The notes under the pieces were generated by a model. The model was given only the letters and a program-made list of their open reading frames with translations, was not told where the DNA came from and did not search any database. From positions 2,144,001 through 2,208,000 of the forward strand of contig OZ242260.1 of NCBI GenBank assembly GCA_965207065.1: a stretch of 64,000 nt of DNA. Direction: 5' to 3'. Positions 39,915 to 49,466 of the stretch are shown here, in pieces; within the stretch, counting starts at the first letter, position 1; each line of letters starts with the position of its first letter. Both the position numbers and the translations under genes were made by a program. This DNA is from a bacterium. GTDB taxonomy: Bacteria > UBA8248.

Positions 39915-41144
39915 TTGGATTCACGCGATCCCAGAGTCATATCCTTCGTCATGGCGGGCGGCGCCGGAAACAGGCTTCGCCCCCTGACGGTCGCGCGCGG
40001 CAAGCCGGCCGTGCCGTTCGGCTCGAAATACCGCATCATCGACTTCGTGCTGAGCAATCTGGTGAACTCGGGCTATCAGTCCATCTACGTGCTGGTGCAG
40101 TACCTGGCGCAATCATTAATAGAACATTTGCGGCGTTCGTGGAACATCAGCGGAACGCTAGGGAAAAATTTCGTGACGGCCGTCCCGCCCCAGCAGCGCG
40201 CCGGCGAGTTCTGGTTCAAGGGAACGGCCGATTCCATCCACCAGAACAGGAACCTCGTGACCGACAATGCGCCCGACATCGTCCTGGTGTTCGGGGCGGA
40301 CCACATCTACCGCATGGACGTGAGCCAGATGGTTCGCTTCCATCTCGAAAGCGGGGCGGACGCTACCATATCGGCCCTGCCCGCGCCGGTCGAAGACGCC
40401 CGGGAATTCGGCGTGCTGGCCGTGAACGAAACGGGCCGAGTGGAGAGTTTCGACGAAAAACCCGTCCACCCCCGGCCCATGCCGGGCGATCCCTCGCGTG
40501 CATTATGCTCCATGGGGAATTATGTGTTTTCCTCACAGGTGCTGATGGATGCGCTCATCAGCGACGCGGCGCGCGAAGGGGAGCACGACTTCGGGCGCAC
40601 GATCATCCCCGCATTGCTGGGCGAGCGCAAAAAACTCTTTGCCTATGATTTCATGAAAAACGAGATCCCGGGCGTCAGGCACACCGAGGAGAGGGGCTAC
40701 TGGCGCGACGTGGGGACCATCAAGAGCTACTGGGAGACGCAGATGGATCTCCTGGGAGAAGCGCCGCGCCTCGATTTGAGCAACCCCGACTGGCCGATAC
40801 ACACCAGCGCTTACCCGGGGCCGGGCAGCCGCATCGTATCCACCCGGGTGGATAACGCCTTGATCGGAGAGGGATGCCAGATTATGGGGGCGCGGATCGA
40901 GCGCTCCGTCATCGGTCGCGGCGTGATCATAGAAAAGGGAGCGGAGGTTGTCGATTCCATCGTCATGGATCACACCCGCATCGGAGCCGGGGCGAAGCTT
41001 GATAAAGCGATTGTCGACAGGTTCAACCAGATCGGAGCGGGCGCATCGGTAGTGATTGAAGAGGCCGATTCCTACCCCGGCGCCGTCTCCGATACTTCCG
41101 GCATCATCGTCTTGCCGCGCGGGTTCACCCGGCCGGTCATATAA
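39915..41144 (+). CDS. glgC: Glucose-1-phosphate adenylyltransferase
   Basis: AGGAGNRL, KPAVPFG, GTAD, SMGNY, YWRDVGT; TTG start with RBS AAGGAG. Confidence 0.95.
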   Translation: MDSRDPRVISFVMAGGAGNRLRPLTVARGKPAVPFGSKYRIIDFVLSNLVNSGYQSIYVLVQYLAQSLIEHLRRSWNISGTLGKNFVTAVPPQQRAGEFWFKGTADSIHQNRNLVTDNAPDIVLVFGADHIYRMDVSQMVRFHLESGADATISALPAPVEDAREFGVLAVNETGRVESFDEKPVHPRPMPGDPSRALCSMGNYVFSSQVLMDALISDAAREGEHDFGRTIIPALLGERKKLFAYDFMKNEIPGVRHTEERGYWRDVGTIKSYWETQMDLLGEAPRLDLSNPDWPIHTSAYPGPGSRIVSTRVDNALIGEGCQIMGARIERSVIGRGVIIEKGAEVVDSIVMDHTRIGAGAKLDKAIVDRFNQIGAGASVVIEEADSYPGAVSDTSGIIVLPRGFTRPVI

Positions 41145-41149
41145 TTCCC

Positions 41150-42643
41150 ATGCGCCTGGCTGACATCCGTACCCGCGCCGAGGAGTTCCTCGGAGAGTCA
41201 CGGAGGGAGTGGTACGAGGTCGGCGCGGGCCTCAAGGAAGACGTGCGCCTGAGCGAGATTTTTGCCGAATACGCCGACCTTTTCACCCGCGATAACATCG
41301 AGACACTTACCTCCCTCGCCGATTCGGCGGACGATGAAGACGAGTCCCTGAGGTTGGCCGAACTGCGTGGTTTCCTGACCCTGGCCCATATACGCAACGA
41401 GACCAGGGATTTGAGCGAGAAGGCGCTTCTCTTCGAGACCAAGACGACGGTGGAAACGCCCGAGGGCGAGTCCATCCCCTACCGGCAAAGCGCCGTTGCG
41501 CTCCTGAACGAATCGAACCGCGAGAAGCGGACTTTTCTGGAAAACGCCCGCTGTGAGGCCCTGGCGGAGAAGAACGTATTTCTGGAGCAGATTCACCGCG
41601 CTACCCACGGGATGGCCGATGACCTGGAGTTCGAGGGCTACCTAGGGATGATGGCGGCGCTGAAGCGCTATGAGCTTGAGCCGGTCAGGGACGAGATGCA
41701 GCGTTTTCTGGAATGCACCGGCGCGCTTTACGCAGAGGCGATGGAAGAGGCGCTGATCCGGATGGATGTTCCGCTTTCTTCTGCACAGCGCCACGATGCG
41801 CAGTTCTGTTTTCGCGGTTCCGAGTACGACGCTCTTTTCCCGGCGGAGAAAATCGAACCCTCGGCGCGGGAGGTGTGCGCCTCGATGGGCCTCGATCTCT
41901 CGGCGGAGGGCCGGGTACGCCTCGACATCGAGGATCGCCCGCTCAAGAGCCCCCGCGCGTTTTGCGCCTCGATTCGCGTGCCAGAGGAGGTCTATCTCGT
42001 CATCAGGCCCCGGGGCGGCTATGACGATTACAGCGCGTTCTGGCACGAACTCGGCCACGCGCTCCATTTCGCAGGCGTGGCGGCGGATGCGCCATTCGAG
42101 TGGAAGCGCCTGGGGGACAACTCCGTGACGGAGGGGTTCGCCATGCTCTTCGATCACCTGCTGCTCGAGCCGCTCTGGCTGGAGGATGCACTGGGCGGAG
42201 AGGCCTCGGACTACGCGGCGTTTCTGGCGCACCATGCGCTTTTTGAACTCTATATGCTCAGGCGCTATGCGGCGAAAATCGACTATGAACTCACACTCCA
42301 CCAGGGCGCTGATCTGACGGGCAAGGACGACGCCTACCGGGAAAAACTCAGTTCAGCGACGGGGGTGGAATACCCGCGAATATCCTATCTCGACGACGTG
42401 GACCCGTTTTTCTACTGCGCGAACTACCTGAGGGCATGGATGCTCCAGGCCCAGATGGCCGAGGTCCTGAAGACGAAATTCGGGGAGAGATGGTGGGCCA
42501 ATCGCGAGAGCGGCGGGTTCCTGATGGAAATCTGGCGCGACGGGCAGCGCCATGACGGCGATTCCCTCTCCCGCCACCTGGGCTACCGGCGTCTCACAAC
42601 GGAGCCGCTCGAGGCGCAGATCAGGAATCTCATGCCGCACTAG
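41150..42643 (+). CDS. M3-like (gluzincin) zinc metallopeptidase
   Basis: KSPRAFC, HELGH, downstream EGFAMLF. Confidence 0.8.
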   Translation: MRLADIRTRAEEFLGESRREWYEVGAGLKEDVRLSEIFAEYADLFTRDNIETLTSLADSADDEDESLRLAELRGFLTLAHIRNETRDLSEKALLFETKTTVETPEGESIPYRQSAVALLNESNREKRTFLENARCEALAEKNVFLEQIHRATHGMADDLEFEGYLGMMAALKRYELEPVRDEMQRFLECTGALYAEAMEEALIRMDVPLSSAQRHDAQFCFRGSEYDALFPAEKIEPSAREVCASMGLDLSAEGRVRLDIEDRPLKSPRAFCASIRVPEEVYLVIRPRGGYDDYSAFWHELGHALHFAGVAADAPFEWKRLGDNSVTEGFAMLFDHLLLEPLWLEDALGGEASDYAAFLAHHALFELYMLRRYAAKIDYELTLHQGADLTGKDDAYREKLSSATGVEYPRISYLDDVDPFFYCANYLRAWMLQAQMAEVLKTKFGERWWANRESGGFLMEIWRDGQRHDGDSLSRHLGYRRLTTEPLEAQIRNLMPH

Positions 42644-42660
42644 CGGAAATGCGGGCTACT

Positions 42661-43005
42661 CCTGCTGTGGTTGTTGAAAGAGCCCTCCTGACAAGGGAGT
42701 AGGGGGTTACTGCCCCGATAAGCGAGGGTTTAACGCGACCGATGAAAGTGTGAGAACCACTCCCCCCTTGAGGGGGAGTCAACGAGACAAGGGCGAAGCC
42801 CGCAGGCGAGTTGATGGGGGGAGTTTCATCTGTGGCATGTCCCCCCACCGAATCGGTCTTCGCATAAACCGCTCGGCCTCTTCGACTCCCCCTCAAGGGG
42901 GGAGTGAAATTCAGCGCGCTCCCTCTGTGTGACTTTTTCAACAGGCCCTTCAAGGGGGAGAGTTTCTTGTATTTTTATCAAGACTTTCTCAACAACCGCC
43001 AGTAG
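42661..43005. mobile_element. Nested MITE/REP composite
   Basis: GGTTGTTGAAAG at 42669, REP doublet 42759-42905, right ends GACTTTTTCAACAGGCCC (42931-42948) and GACTTTCTCAACAACC (42982-42997). Confidence 0.8.
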
Positions 43006-43033
43006 GAACACACGCACATTATCCGCACACAGC

Positions 43034-44098
43034 CTAAAGCGTGACGGCTTGGCCCTCCTTGCACGAGCGGTCCGCCGCCATGGTGAGGGCGAGTACGTCT
43101 CTCGCGTGCGCGCCCGTGGCGAGTCCCACGCCGCCGATTCCCAGGATGTGGCGCACGAAAGCGTCGGTCTCCTCCTTCATGGGGCCGAAGAACTCGCCCA
43201 TCACGAAATCTCCCGGCATGGCGGAGCCCAGGAAGGCGACGTTCACCTGGTGTTCGGGCGTGTAGGGGCAGGGAATCGGATCCTCGGGCGCTAGTATTAC
43301 GTCGCGGTGCGCGTCGTCCACGTTCAGCGAGCCTTTGGTGCCTTGCAGGTCGACCTCCATCGTCGCCGTGTATGCGGGCCAGTGGTGGGGCGGGAGCCAG
43401 CTCGTACCCAGCGTGGCCACGCTCCCGTCGTCGAAGGTGACGATCATCCACTGGAAATCGTCGCGGTTGTATTTCTTGAACACGAAGCTCGCCGCGCGGG
43501 CGTAGACCTCGACGGGCTTTTTCCCCTCCATGTACCAGAGGATGAGGTCGACCATGTAGGTGAGCGTGTTGATGGAGGGCGTGGTGTTGGGCGATCGCTT
43601 CGCCACGGCCTCGCCCACGGCGCGCGTCACGTAAATCTTGCCGAGCGCCATCACGATGTCGCCGAGCTGGCCGGCGAAGGCCGCCTGCTTGGCGAGCAGG
43701 AAACGCCTCCTGTAGCGCTGGGTGTAGCCCACGAAAATCTCGGCGCCCGACGCATCGGCTTTCGTCAGGATGTCGTCCGCCTCGTCGAGGTCCAAGACGA
43801 AGGGCTTCTCGATGAGCACGGGCTTTCCGAGTTCGGCCGCGAGCGCCGCCGGGCCGTGATGAAACTCCTCATCCGATGAAACGATGACGGCGCCCACGCG
43901 CTCGTCCCGTATCGCCACCTCGTATTTCTCCGTCGCCACGTCGGCCCGCACCGACTCCGCGAGGCGATCCAGCTTCTCGGGCACGATGTCGCACACGGCG
44001 AGGTAGTCCACCTGGGGGATCTGCGCGCAAGAATGCGCCCTGAGCGTTCCGATGCCGCCTGCACCGATGACGGCTACTCCTGTCGTTTTCACAATCAT
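43034..44098 (-). CDS. Gfo/Idh/MocA family oxidoreductase
   Basis: GAGGIG Rossmann motif, IEKP. Confidence 0.88.
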   Translation of the reverse strand: MIVKTTGVAVIGAGGIGTLRAHSCAQIPQVDYLAVCDIVPEKLDRLAESVRADVATEKYEVAIRDERVGAVIVSSDEEFHHGPAALAAELGKPVLIEKPFVLDLDEADDILTKADASGAEIFVGYTQRYRRRFLLAKQAAFAGQLGDIVMALGKIYVTRAVGEAVAKRSPNTTPSINTLTYMVDLILWYMEGKKPVEVYARAASFVFKKYNRDDFQWMIVTFDDGSVATLGTSWLPPHHWPAYTATMEVDLQGTKGSLNVDDAHRDVILAPEDPIPCPYTPEHQVNVAFLGSAMPGDFVMGEFFGPMKEETDAFVRHILGIGGVGLATGAHARDVLALTMAADRSCKEGQAVTL

Positions 44099-44187
44099 CT
44101 CCTCACTTTAATTTGCATCCGGTTCATTCTGGGGGAATAATCCCCTCTGTCTAATATCAAGGTTCCCATCATAGTCTGGAGAATTCC

Positions 44188-45165
44188 ATGCGCATCGATG
44201 TTCAGACCCATCATGTACCACAAGCCTACGTCCGGGCGCTCGCCGCCCGCTCCGATTTCCCGCGCTACGAGAAGGCGGGGGATTTCTGGTGGGCGTGGGC
44301 GAGCCCGGAACAAAAACTCCCGATGCGGCTACCCGCCCTGGACATCGATATCAAGCTCGCCGAGATGGATGAGCAGGAAATCGATATTGCCCTAATCAGC
44401 ATCAACATTCCAGGCCCGGACCTCGCCAAAAGCCCCGAAGACGCGGATGAACTCGCGAGAATCGGGAACGACGGCCTGGCCGAGGCGGCGGAGCGTCACC
44501 CGGAACGGTTCCGGGGGGTGGCCTCGCTCGGTTTCGGCGATATGGACGCGACCTGCCGCGAACTCGAGCGCTGCGTGGACGATCTCGGTTTCGTGGGCCT
44601 TCAGGTCTTCGCCTACATCGGCGGCGAACGCTACATCGACGACGCTGCTCATGAACCCCTGTGGGGACTTCTGGCCGAGCGCGGGGTGCCGCTCGTGCTG
44701 CATCCGGGGCCTTCTCCCTCCGGGCCGCAATATGAAGATCACTGGCTGGGGCCGATGATCGGCTTTATGTTCGATGAGTGTCTGGCGGCGCTGAGGCTCA
44801 TTTTGAGCGGCGTGCTCGAGCGTCACCCGAACCTCAAGGTGTTGTTGCCGCACGGGGGCGCCTCTCTTCCGCTGTTCATCGGGCGGGTGGACAACCTGAG
44901 TTCGCGCTACCGCGACGAGCAGGAACTCATTACGCGCGACCCGAGCGAATACTTCGAGCGCTTCTATACGGACTCGGTGGTTCACTCGCAGACGGCGCTC
45001 GAGTTCTCCTTACAGGAGATGGGCGCATCTCGCATGATGTTCGCGAGCGACGCCCCCTGGGTGCCCGTGAAGCGCCACGCCGATATGATGGACGCGCTGG
45101 ATATTTCACCGGAGGATGCGGAGCAAATCTGGAGCGGCACGGCGAAAGCGTTTTTCGGGCTGTAG
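44188..45165 (+). CDS. Amidohydrolase_2 family protein (ACMSD-like decarboxylase/hydrolase)
   Basis: IDVQTH, LHP, PHGG, FASDAP. Confidence 0.85.
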   Translation: MRIDVQTHHVPQAYVRALAARSDFPRYEKAGDFWWAWASPEQKLPMRLPALDIDIKLAEMDEQEIDIALISINIPGPDLAKSPEDADELARIGNDGLAEAAERHPERFRGVASLGFGDMDATCRELERCVDDLGFVGLQVFAYIGGERYIDDAAHEPLWGLLAERGVPLVLHPGPSPSGPQYEDHWLGPMIGFMFDECLAALRLILSGVLERHPNLKVLLPHGGASLPLFIGRVDNLSSRYRDEQELITRDPSEYFERFYTDSVVHSQTALEFSLQEMGASRMMFASDAPWVPVKRHADMMDALDISPEDAEQIWSGTAKAFFGL

Positions 45166-45175
45166 AGCGTCCGCC

Positions 45176-45631
45176 TCACGCGTCGCTTCTGAGCAGCATG
45201 CGCTTCACGTCGTATTCGAGCACCACCTCGCCCTTTTGGTTGAGCACTCTCTGGTGTGTGGAGACGACGCCGCGATCAGGCCTGCTCCTGGAGGGTCGCA
45301 CGTCTATCGTCTCGACTTCGACCGTGAGCGTATCGCCCACGTAGACAGGCGCACGCGCCACGAGGCCGTCCACGCCCAGGAGTGCGACGGCGTAATCGTG
45401 CAGGACGCCCGTCTGGACGATGAGGGTATCCGCGATGCCGCAGGTGAAAAGGGCCGGCGCCATGCGCCTTTCATGGCCCTTATCCCTTAAAAACTCCATG
45501 TCGAGAAACAGGCTTTCCGTATAGCCCACGAGGTTGACGTAGTTCACCACGTCGGTCTCGGTGATGGTCCTGCCCCGGGTGGTGAATTTGCTTCCAATTT
45601 CCCATTTTTCAAACGCAACGCCTTCGCTCAT
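45176..45631 (-). CDS. MaoC-family dehydratase
   Basis: GRTITETD, APVYVGDTL, NQKGEVV. Confidence 0.87.
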   Translation of the reverse strand: MSEGVAFEKWEIGSKFTTRGRTITETDVVNYVNLVGYTESLFLDMEFLRDKGHERRMAPALFTCGIADTLIVQTGVLHDYAVALLGVDGLVARAPVYVGDTLTVEVETIDVRPSRSRPDRGVVSTHQRVLNQKGEVVLEYDVKRMLLRSDA

Positions 45632-45869
45632 GTAACCTGAAACCTCCTGATTGATGGTGTGATACCGCGGGAGGCGATTCTACAGGCGGGGGCAGGAATC
45701 TTCAAAGTTCGCGGGGGATCTTCTTGTGGGGAAGGATACGAGAGACGTGAAGTCTTTGATTCGAGAATGGCTACATCTATACTGACCTGCATGAATTGAC
45801 CGAGTACTTGTCCATGCCCGATATTCCCGAATAACGACGCCAAAGGTTGCCCGGAGTGTGTATATCGTT

Positions 45870-46712
45870 ATGACGCGCATCGTGTGCTGGAACATCGCCA
45901 AGAGAAAACGACCATGGACGGAACTGCTGGAGATGGATGCGGACGTCGCCTTGCTGCAAGAGACGGATGCGCCACCTTCTGACTTGGGGCGTGCGGTCGA
46001 TACGGGGCCTCAAGGCTACTGGGAGCCATGGGAGGAGGGACTCTACGACAGGGGGGCGATGATCGTGAAGCTCTCAGAACGCGTCGAGGTCGAATGGTTC
46101 AGGCGTATTTTTCCGATCAGCGCAGCGAAGCGCGATGAAATCCCGGTCAGCGGCATCGGAACCATTGCCGCCGCCAGGGTAGTTCCGGCGGATGGGGAGC
46201 CGTTCATCGCGGTGTCGATGTATGCGCGTTGGCTCAAGCCACATGTCACGACCGATACGAAATGGGGGGTAGGCTACCCGGACGCATCCGCCCACCGGAT
46301 CATCTCGGATCTGTCCGTCTTCATCGGCGATTTGGATCCTTCGACGCATCGCATTCTGGCGGCCGGCGACCTCAACACGATATACGGCGCGACGGATGAC
46401 AATCGGCTGGCGCTCCCGGCGCGGGACCGCACGATCTTCGATCGCATGGACGCGCTGGGTCTGGAATTCATCGGGCCTCGGCACCCGAACGGCAGGCTGG
46501 CGAAGCCCACGCCGCAAGGGTTGCCGAAAGATACGAAGAACGTTCCGACCTACCACACGACGAGGCAATCTCCCAGGACCGCCCAGAATCAGCTCGATTA
46601 CATCTTCGCCTCACGGGGGTTCCACGAGAGCGTAACCGTCCGCGCCCTGAACGGCGTCAATGAATGGGGTTCGAGTGATCACTGCCGAATTTGGATAGAA
46701 GTCGGTCCGTAA
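45870..46712 (+). CDS. Endonuclease/exonuclease/phosphatase family protein
   Basis: CWNI, LLQE, AGDLN, LDYIF, SDH. Confidence 0.87.
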   Translation: MTRIVCWNIAKRKRPWTELLEMDADVALLQETDAPPSDLGRAVDTGPQGYWEPWEEGLYDRGAMIVKLSERVEVEWFRRIFPISAAKRDEIPVSGIGTIAAARVVPADGEPFIAVSMYARWLKPHVTTDTKWGVGYPDASAHRIISDLSVFIGDLDPSTHRILAAGDLNTIYGATDDNRLALPARDRTIFDRMDALGLEFIGPRHPNGRLAKPTPQGLPKDTKNVPTYHTTRQSPRTAQNQLDYIFASRGFHESVTVRALNGVNEWGSSDHCRIWIEVGP

Positions 46713-46713
46713 A

Positions 46714-46903
46714 GGCGCTGTTGGAATAGTCCCGATGAATGAGGGTTAGACGCGACCGACGCGAATGGAAGAACCACTCCCCCCTTGAGGGGTCGGGCAT
46801 CCCGAGGGGAATGCCCGATGAAAAAGTCATCGTCGGGGGTGCGATGGTTCTGTAGTGACAGCCCCTCCTCGGGGCTGTCCCACAGGTCGCGACCTGTCCC
46901 TAC
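46714..46903. mobile_element. Degenerate MITE/REP composite
   Basis: 46727-46790 resembles 42714-42775; 46776-46826 resembles the reverse complement of 9669-9720; GTAG-REP half at 46882-46903. Confidence 0.75.
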
Positions 46904-47112
46904 GGTGAACGATTCGATGATCGGTATGCCCTCCCCAGCCGACTGCTTACGCTAAACCACGGAGTCATCGCTTCGGTGTTAAATAGAATAATCGACTAAA
47001 TATCAATATCTTAACAGAGATGGAACCCGGCATCGTCAAAATGTTATAATTCGCAAGTCGCCGGTAGACTCTTTCCCGGCAGGTGGGAAAAGTTCAAGAG
47101 GGGGATGGCCAG

Positions 47113-47865
47113 ATGAGGCGTTTAGGACTCTCCATCGCATTGAGTATTTTGGCGGTTGTTTTTCTGGTGAATGACGCGGCGGCTGATAAGCGCCAAGGCC
47201 GGCGCCACGGGATTAAGCGGCATCATAAATATAAATCGCAGAGACACCACAGGGCGCGCCAGCACCGCAAATGGCATCGCCGTCACCGTCGTCCCCGCAC
47301 TATCGTTCGCCATAACTTCTGGATCGGCCCCAGCTACGTCTCTCCGGTCTGGTACGGCTATCCGGTCTACACTGGCCCGCGCGTTATTTACCGTTCCTAC
47401 CCACGTGAGCGTTATGTTTACAGCTCCCCGGATTATGGCTGCGCATCCTATGTCGCGGGTAACGACAACGAGGTTCTCGGCTCGGTAATCGGCGCGATCG
47501 GCGGCGGCGTCATCGGCCATCAGGTCGGCAGGGGCAGCGGACAGGCGCTGGCCACCTTCGCGGGCGTGCTGCTCGGCAGCGTCGTCGGCGGGCAGATTGG
47601 ACGCGACCTGGACGAAGCCGAGCGGCTCAAGCTCGCGAGCACCACGCAGTACGCGCTCGAGAACCAGCGATCGGGTACGCGCACCGTGTGGGACAACCCC
47701 GACAGGCGGGTGTGCGGCGTCGTGGTTCCCAAGCCGGCATTCAAGAACGAACTCGACCAGTATTGCCGGGAGTTCCAGCAGACGATTGTCATCGACGGCA
47801 AAAAGCAGAGCGCCTACGGCACCGCCTGCAGGCAACCCGACGGGCAGTGGAAGATCGCCAACTAG
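47113..47865 (+). CDS. RT0821/Lpp0805-family (17-kDa surface antigen-like) glycine-zipper protein
   Basis: Signal peptide, glycine zipper, WDNPD, YCREFQQTIVIDG, YGTACRQPDGQW. Confidence 0.88.
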   Translation: MRRLGLSIALSILAVVFLVNDAAADKRQGRRHGIKRHHKYKSQRHHRARQHRKWHRRHRRPRTIVRHNFWIGPSYVSPVWYGYPVYTGPRVIYRSYPRERYVYSSPDYGCASYVAGNDNEVLGSVIGAIGGGVIGHQVGRGSGQALATFAGVLLGSVVGGQIGRDLDEAERLKLASTTQYALENQRSGTRTVWDNPDRRVCGVVVPKPAFKNELDQYCREFQQTIVIDGKKQSAYGTACRQPDGQWKIAN

Positions 47866-47883
47866 GCAGCCGACGCCTGAAAC

Positions 47884-48924
47884 CTAATCCATCACGATGA
47901 CCGCGCGGCCCGTAACGGCCGCCACTTCCAGCCGTTCGTGTACCTTTTCCACCTCATCGACGTTGAACGAGTAGGTCTCCGTCACCACGGGCCAGGCGTC
48001 GCCCCGCGCCACGAGGTCGAGCGATTCCTTGAGTTCCTGTTTCGAACAGTAGCGGCTGCCCATGAGTTCGAGTTCTTTGTTCACCATATTGCGCGACGCG
48101 GCCTGAAACGGCTGCCCCGTACCGCCCAGCGTCACGAGGCGTCCGCCGATGCCTAAGGCCTGAAAACCCGCTTCCATCGTGGAGGCGGAGGAGACGAAAT
48201 CGACCACCACGTCCACGCCCTGGCCGTTCGTCAAGTCCATGAGCGCGCCTGCAACGTCTTCCTGGGATGCGTCGACGGCCTCGTCCGCGCCCACGTCCCG
48301 GCACTTGCCGAGCTTGTTCGCCGCGACGTCCACGGCGATGACCCTGGCGTGCGCCCACTTGGCCATCATCACCATGTGGATGCCCACGCCGCCGCCCGCG
48401 CCGATGACGGCCACGTTCTCAAGTGGCGCGATGCGCGCGCGCTTCGTTACTTTATACGGGGTGGCTATCGCGTCGCAGATGACGGAGACTTCCGCCGCGT
48501 TGTTCTCATAGTCGAGCCCGGCGGGGATTTTGATGAAATTCCGCGCGGGCAGCTTGATGTATTCGGCATAGGCGCCCTGCACCTGGCGGCCGATGTAGCC
48601 CGTGAAATTCTCGCACAGTGTCTCGCGGTTGATGAGGCACCACTTGCACCTCCCGCAAGTGACGTAGAAATGAGCGGTCACCGCGTCGCCCTCCTGCAGG
48701 CCTTCCACGCCCTCGCCCAGGGCGGTGATGACGGCGGTGATCTCGTGCCCGATGATGAGGGGATAATCCACCCCGGGCACCCGGCCCATGCGGGCGTGGT
48801 GGATCGTCAGCCCGGCGCCGCAGGCCAGCACCTTCGCGACCGCTTCCCCCGGACCCGGCACGGGGTCTGGATATTCTTCCTCGACAAAGGGTTTTCCCGG
48901 TTCTCTCAGCACCATCGCCTTCAA
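47884..48924 (-). CDS. Zinc-binding MDR-family dehydrogenase
   Basis: GHE, CGRCKWC...C, GAGGGVG. Confidence 0.88.
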   Translation of the reverse strand: MKAMVLREPGKPFVEEEYPDPVPGPGEAVAKVLACGAGLTIHHARMGRVPGVDYPLIIGHEITAVITALGEGVEGLQEGDAVTAHFYVTCGRCKWCLINRETLCENFTGYIGRQVQGAYAEYIKLPARNFIKIPAGLDYENNAAEVSVICDAIATPYKVTKRARIAPLENVAVIGAGGGVGIHMVMMAKWAHARVIAVDVAANKLGKCRDVGADEAVDASQEDVAGALMDLTNGQGVDVVVDFVSSASTMEAGFQALGIGGRLVTLGGTGQPFQAASRNMVNKELELMGSRYCSKQELKESLDLVARGDAWPVVTETYSFNVDEVEKVHERLEVAAVTGRAVIVMD

Positions 48925-49057
48925 AGGGCGTCCTCCTCGTAAAATGGAATGGAATTTCGAAGGCTCGATTACAGCACATAGGCGCGCGGCTAGGCAACGA
49001 GGGGCGGATGACGTACCCTCGGTCGGTCGGCATCAAACAACAGGAAGCGAAAGCACG

Positions 49058-49441
49058 ATGAATGAACCTCTCGTTACCGAGGAAAGAACGTTCGACGCGA
49101 ATCGCGCGGCGAAGACCACGCTGCTGGTCGGCGTGCTGCTCGTTATCTTCACCGCGTCGGCGATGTATACGAACCAGCCGGGCAGGGTGGGCTACGGCTG
49201 GGCGACGCTGGCCGGAGGGGCGGCCTTGGGTCTTTTCGGACTGGCGACCCTGCGGGGGTTCGCGTGGTGCTGTTATCTCTCGGCCCTGGTGCTGGGCGTG
49301 TTCGATTTTATTTGGATGGTGCGGGTGCTCGAGGGTTTCGACATGGGCCTCGCCATCTGGATAGCGATATGTTTTTTCTCCATCCGGGAAATCTGGCCGG
49401 GAATCGACGAGAAATTTCCCTGGGTGAAGCGCAATCCCTAG
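49058..49441 (+). CDS. Hypothetical membrane protein (about 4 TM helices)
   Basis: Hydrophobic ORF filling the gap between genes. Confidence 0.65.
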   Translation: MNEPLVTEERTFDANRAAKTTLLVGVLLVIFTASAMYTNQPGRVGYGWATLAGGAALGLFGLATLRGFAWCCYLSALVLGVFDFIWMVRVLEGFDMGLAIWIAICFFSIREIWPGIDEKFPWVKRNP

Positions 49442-49466
49442 AGAGGGACCGCGTTTCCATCCTCTA

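Noticed and set aside
45870-46712. EEP nuclease as a defence system or retroelement
   Set aside because: Stand-alone gene with no reverse transcriptase, partner gene or other defence context
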